64,000 bases of DNA. Origin: an uncultured Phocaeicola sp. Lineage in GTDB: Bacteria; Bacteroidota; Bacteroidia; Bacteroidales; Bacteroidaceae. This document shows, in pieces, positions 60,478 to 64,000 of the stretch. A program made the position numbers and the translations under genes. Every line of letters begins with the position of its first letter. The first letter of the stretch is position 1. Below the pieces are notes generated by a model. The model made no database searches and had not been told where the DNA came from. It worked only from the letters and a program-made list of their open reading frames with translations. The stretch is from NCBI GenBank assembly GCA_944320605.1, contig CALUIE010000001.1, positions 24,191-88,190 on the forward strand, given 5' to 3'.

Positions 60478-61674
60478 ATGTTGACACAGGCGCATCTTAC
60501 TAATTTTAAATGTTTTGCAGAAAAACGGGTATTCGATCTGTCAAAAATAAATCTGTTTACCGGACTTAACGGAAGAGGTAAGTCAAGCGTTCTGCAGTCT
60601 ATTCTGTTGTTATCTCAATCGGCTTACACTCATAATTCTTTCCGTTCGTTGCTGATTTCGTCGAACAGATGGATAAAACTCGGTGATTTTAATGACATAA
60701 TAAACAGCAAGGACTCCCCTACCGTAATTTTAGGTTTCCGTTCGGACAGGAAAACCGGCGAAGCGGAGGGAAGCAGTTTTTCATTTTATTATAGGCAGCA
60801 TGGTATGTTTGCCGACAGAGGGGAGCTGGTGGATTATGAATCTAACGGGAATATGGCATCGAAAATAGAGTTGGGAGGTTTCGCACCGGACAGCAATAAT
60901 TCTATCGGAGAGACCGGTACAAAACAGTCTTTCGATTATACAGATGACCAGCTTGTGGTTTCAATGTTCAAGAATGTGCATTATGTATCGGCAGACAGAA
61001 TGGGAGCACGGCTTTATTATGACAAGTTTGGAGCACTTGATACAAAAACCGGATGCCACGGGGAATATTTTCTTAATATCTTGGCACGTAATCCGGAGAT
61101 TAAGACTTCATTGTCACGATCGGGTAAGGCAAAAGGACTTTTGGATGTATGCCAGGAATGGCTGGACTATATTTTCGATGGCGCAGCAATTTCTGTAAAA
61201 GAAGCCGCAAGCACATTGGAACTGGAAATGTCGCCTCTAAATGGCGAAAAATTGCATAAAAGTGTAAATGTAGGTTTTGGATATAGTTATATTTTGGCTT
61301 TGCTGGTGACTACACTTATAGCTGAGAAAGAAGAAATGGTGATTTTTGAAAATCCGGAAGCGCATTTACACCCCAAGGCTCAGTCACGTTTTATGCAACT
61401 GATTGCAGAACGTGCCAGTGAAGAGAATGCTCCTCAGTTTTTTATTGAAAGCCACAGTGAACATATCTTGAACGCTATTCGTGTGGCTGTTGCAAATCCG
61501 GAAGTAAAATTATCCAATAATGATGTGACTATTCATTATTTCGATAAGGATTTTTCAAGCAAGAAGATGGATTTAAAGGAAGACGGATTCATCACTAACT
61601 GGCCACAAGGCTTTTTTGACGAGGCAGAACTGGCTATGAGCAAACTCTTTCAATATAAGCGCCAACGCAAATAA
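60478..61674 (+). CDS. ABC ATPase with DUF3696-type C-terminus (Menshen NsnB-like)
   Basis: GLNGRGKS, NVGFGYSY, ENPEAHLHP, ESHSEH, WPQGFFD. Confidence 0.85.
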   Translation: MLTQAHLTNFKCFAEKRVFDLSKINLFTGLNGRGKSSVLQSILLLSQSAYTHNSFRSLLISSNRWIKLGDFNDIINSKDSPTVILGFRSDRKTGEAEGSSFSFYYRQHGMFADRGELVDYESNGNMASKIELGGFAPDSNNSIGETGTKQSFDYTDDQLVVSMFKNVHYVSADRMGARLYYDKFGALDTKTGCHGEYFLNILARNPEIKTSLSRSGKAKGLLDVCQEWLDYIFDGAAISVKEAASTLELEMSPLNGEKLHKSVNVGFGYSYILALLVTTLIAEKEEMVIFENPEAHLHPKAQSRFMQLIAERASEENAPQFFIESHSEHILNAIRVAVANPEVKLSNNDVTIHYFDKDFSSKKMDLKEDGFITNWPQGFFDEAELAMSKLFQYKRQRK

Positions 61675-61678
61675 CTGT

Positions 61679-62578
61679 ATGAAAGTTACATTCTATATTA
61701 TTCCACAATCTTTCTGCGCAAAAGGTGTATCATTATGTAGTGTAATAAATAGTGTGTATGCTTTTTTGTCTGAATATTCGACCATTGACTCCTTCAATGA
61801 TGAAAATGAAATAATTGTGGACGATAACATTTATGAAGCTATATTGCCAAACGGGATGACCTTGGGGGAATATGCTTATAATATAAGTGATGCGGAGGGA
61901 GAGGAAAGAGACTTGAAATCCTCACTGCAAAGAATACTGCAACGACACAGCAAAAAAATTACCATAGAACAGATATGTAAACAGATAGACGAGAATTCTA
62001 TAAATGGATGCGTAGGAGTAATAAGTATGGTGCCGATAGAAGGTATAGCAGACAAATCGCAAATCGTATATGATAAAAGCAGCTGGTATGACTTCCGACG
62101 ATATCACTTAGGGCTGTTTCATGGTGAAGCGGAATACTTTATTGACGAGTGCAGGAAATTCTATCCAAATATGTTTTTTCACGATCATAACAAGGATTCT
62201 GTGGGCAATATATTGAAAAGTTTTGCCCGAACAATCATATTTCATCTGAACGGAATACACGACATACTACCGGACTTAATGGAAAAACATCCCGGGTTTA
62301 ATCAGACGGATTTATTACGTGAACTTTCAGACAAAGCTAAATTCCCCGAAGTGGCTACTCCTGAAGGTGGAGGAAACAAAAAGTACATGAAATTTGCTTT
62401 TAAACCTGACAATGGAGAGAAAAATATTGATGTCTTGTGCGAACTTCATGCCAAACTTTGTTATGATGACTCTAATGATGGTAAGTATCATAAAGACAAA
62501 CGTATCTATTTCCATAAAGGAAGAAAGGATATAGCAGGAGGCAGGATTTTAATAGGGCATATAGGAAAACATTTATAA
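61679..62578 (+). CDS. Putative effector with RelE-like C-terminus
   Basis: CELHAKL..RIYFH..ILIGHIGKHL. Confidence 0.6.
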   Translation: MKVTFYIIPQSFCAKGVSLCSVINSVYAFLSEYSTIDSFNDENEIIVDDNIYEAILPNGMTLGEYAYNISDAEGEERDLKSSLQRILQRHSKKITIEQICKQIDENSINGCVGVISMVPIEGIADKSQIVYDKSSWYDFRRYHLGLFHGEAEYFIDECRKFYPNMFFHDHNKDSVGNILKSFARTIIFHLNGIHDILPDLMEKHPGFNQTDLLRELSDKAKFPEVATPEGGGNKKYMKFAFKPDNGEKNIDVLCELHAKLCYDDSNDGKYHKDKRIYFHKGRKDIAGGRILIGHIGKHL

Positions 62579-62599
62579 AAACTGTATCCTAAAAGATAA

Positions 62600-62728
62600 A
62601 AAGCTATATTTTATTCTGCTATTGTTGGTGATGATAAAGAAACTTTGTTCGAGAAGTTTCTAAAAGAAAATATGGAGTTATATGGCGATGAGCTAAGGAA
62701 TATAGGTTACAGAATCCGTGCGATATAA
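62600..62728 (+). pseudogene. Remnant of a toxin-like gene upstream of an HTH
   Basis: Startless frame KAIFYSAIVGDDKETLFEKFLKEN..ELRNIGYRIRAI*, ending just before the HTH ATG. Confidence 0.4.
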
Positions 62729-62729
62729 T

Positions 62730-62993
62730 ATGGTTAAATCAAAAAATGAATCTGTTCTTGACTTATTGATAAGTCAGAGAGACGAAAATGAGTATGCTGA
62801 AGTGGAATACCGCATGGGCATTGCGGTGAAAATAGCAAAGGCACTTAAGAGAAAAGGTATGACACAGAAGGAACTTGCTGAAAAGTTAGGGAAAAGACCT
62901 TCGGAAATCTCAGAATGGCTTACAGGAAACCATAATTTTACAGATGACACGCTGTTTCTTAGGCAAGTTATAAAATCCATGTCTAAAGATTAA
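62730..62993 (+). CDS. XRE-HTH antitoxin-like protein, possibly C-truncated
   Basis: MTQKELAEKLGKRPSEISEWLTGNHNFT. Confidence 0.8.
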   Translation: MVKSKNESVLDLLISQRDENEYAEVEYRMGIAVKIAKALKRKGMTQKELAEKLGKRPSEISEWLTGNHNFTDDTLFLRQVIKSMSKD

Positions 62994-63013
62994 TAGTGTA
63001 CGCTAATTTTCCG

Positions 63014-63164
63014 AACATAAATCTGTATATGCCCATAATGAAACTTACTCATTATGGGTATATGTGTTTTTATGCGGTGGGGTATAGCGTGAATAATAGT
63101 TAAATCAAACGGTGAAAAGGGCCGGTTTTAATGATAATATATTATCTTTATCTGCATAAAAACA
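63014..63164 (+). repeat. 151-bp direct repeat, right copy (promoter region of the HTH gene)
   Basis: Matches 54903-55053. Confidence 0.92.
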
Positions 63165-63503
63165 GTGGATATGGATAATATATTATCAGTATTGGAGAAT
63201 TACACGTTTGAGAACGCGGACGACATAGCGAGAGGGTTGGCGGAAGATTTCCGGAAACGCAGGATTGAAAAGAACCTTACAAGGGAACAGGTGGCGGAAC
63301 GTTCGGGGGTAGCGGTGAGCAACATCGTGAGGTTTGAACAGAAAGGGCTGGTATCGTTGGGAAACCTGATTGCGCTGGCAATGGCAATGGATTATACGTA
63401 CGAGGTGAAAAACATTTTCAGCCAACCAAAGTATTCCACAATGGAGGAACTGACCGAAATACGCAAAAACACGGGGAAGAGCCGGGCGTATAAAAAAAGG
63501 TAA
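63165..63503 (+). CDS. XRE-HTH regulator (HipB-like)
   Basis: RKRRIEKNLTREQVAERSGV..IVRFEQKG.VSL. Confidence 0.85.
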   Translation: MDMDNILSVLENYTFENADDIARGLAEDFRKRRIEKNLTREQVAERSGVAVSNIVRFEQKGLVSLGNLIALAMAMDYTYEVKNIFSQPKYSTMEELTEIRKNTGKSRAYKKR

Positions 63504-63527
63504 GGACAAAACGGAAAAGAAACAGGT

Positions 63528-63581
63528 ATGACGGACAGGCTTACAGTGAAATATCATGGGTGGGAACCAAAACCAAAATGA
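63528..63581 (+). pseudogene. Possible hipA N-terminal remnant
   Basis: MTDRLTVKYHG then a stop; position directly after the HipB-like gene. Confidence 0.3.
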
Positions 63582-63807
63582 GCGAAAAACGTTGCCGCCA
63601 GATATTTGATGAGGTTTACGGTAATTGCGGTGATTTGTTGTTGAATAAGACGGTAAAGAATAGGTGATATTAATAATTACGGTATTTATAAATATAATTT
63701 TGATACGGTGGGGATAGCGTGAAATCTGACTATAAAGTTGGATATTATATAAATTTGTTGTATATTTTAAACGAAATCGTTATTTTTGCAAAAAAAATAA
63801 TTCTCTT

Positions 63808-64000
63808 ATGGCTACGAAAGAAGAAGTAGAATGTTTCCTATCCCGGTTCAATCAGAAAGTAAAAGTGTTCGGGCTTGTCTTTCGTGATGACCGAGGCAAA
63901 AATATGCAGACTCTTTTGGAGTTGGAAATAACACCGAAATATAGAGAAGACATAATAGCACATCTTGAATCTGATGACTATGTAGATGGTCCTATAGAAG
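63808..64000 (+). CDS. MqsR-like toxin, 3'-truncated by the window edge
   Basis: MATKEEVECFLSRF..FRDDRGKNMQTLLELEITP..DYVDGP; TATTTTTG box at 63781. Confidence 0.7.
   Translation, partial: MATKEEVECFLSRFNQKVKVFGLVFRDDRGKNMQTLLELEITPKYREDIIAHLESDDYVDGPIE

Noticed and set aside
1-64000. tRNA or rRNA genes and IS transposases
   Set aside because: None recognised by eye; a covariance-model scan would be needed to exclude small RNAs

Overview
Bacteroidales-type chromosomal region (TAnnTTTG -7 promoter boxes, no Shine-Dalgarno motifs). It is a capsular/surface polysaccharide locus interleaved with a dense defence/toxin-antitoxin hotspot. wza-wzc (3.2-6.5 kb) lies about 28.5 kb upstream of a pseudaminic-acid/rhamnose biosynthesis operon (35-54.9 kb). 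Between them are: a TIR-transmembrane receptor gene followed by three secreted TPR proteins with a common N-terminal domain; a YefM/YoeB-like TA pair; two diverged, oppositely oriented primase-helicase (VirE_N/DUF3987) modules; ABC-ATPase+nuclease pairs; two AAA/PD-(D/E)XK paralogs; MNT-HEPN; an HU-amidase cluster; and a toxin-antitoxin-SecB (TAC) cassette. Downstream, an 8.1-kb block flanked by 151-bp direct repeats holds a putative cysteine peptidase + partner + signal-less MACPF operon and a Menshen-like ATPase system. Best candidates for new biology: (1) a Toll-receptor-like TIR-TM/secreted-TPR system; (2) the peptidase/MACPF operon; (3) modular terminator-promoter-ops repeats that delimit defence cassettes; (4) paralog-specific inverted 9-bp-period sites in and after each primase-helicase gene, plus paired unannotated small ORFs with a conserved out-of-frame upstream ATG. 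All family assignments are from motif recognition by eye; no searches were run.
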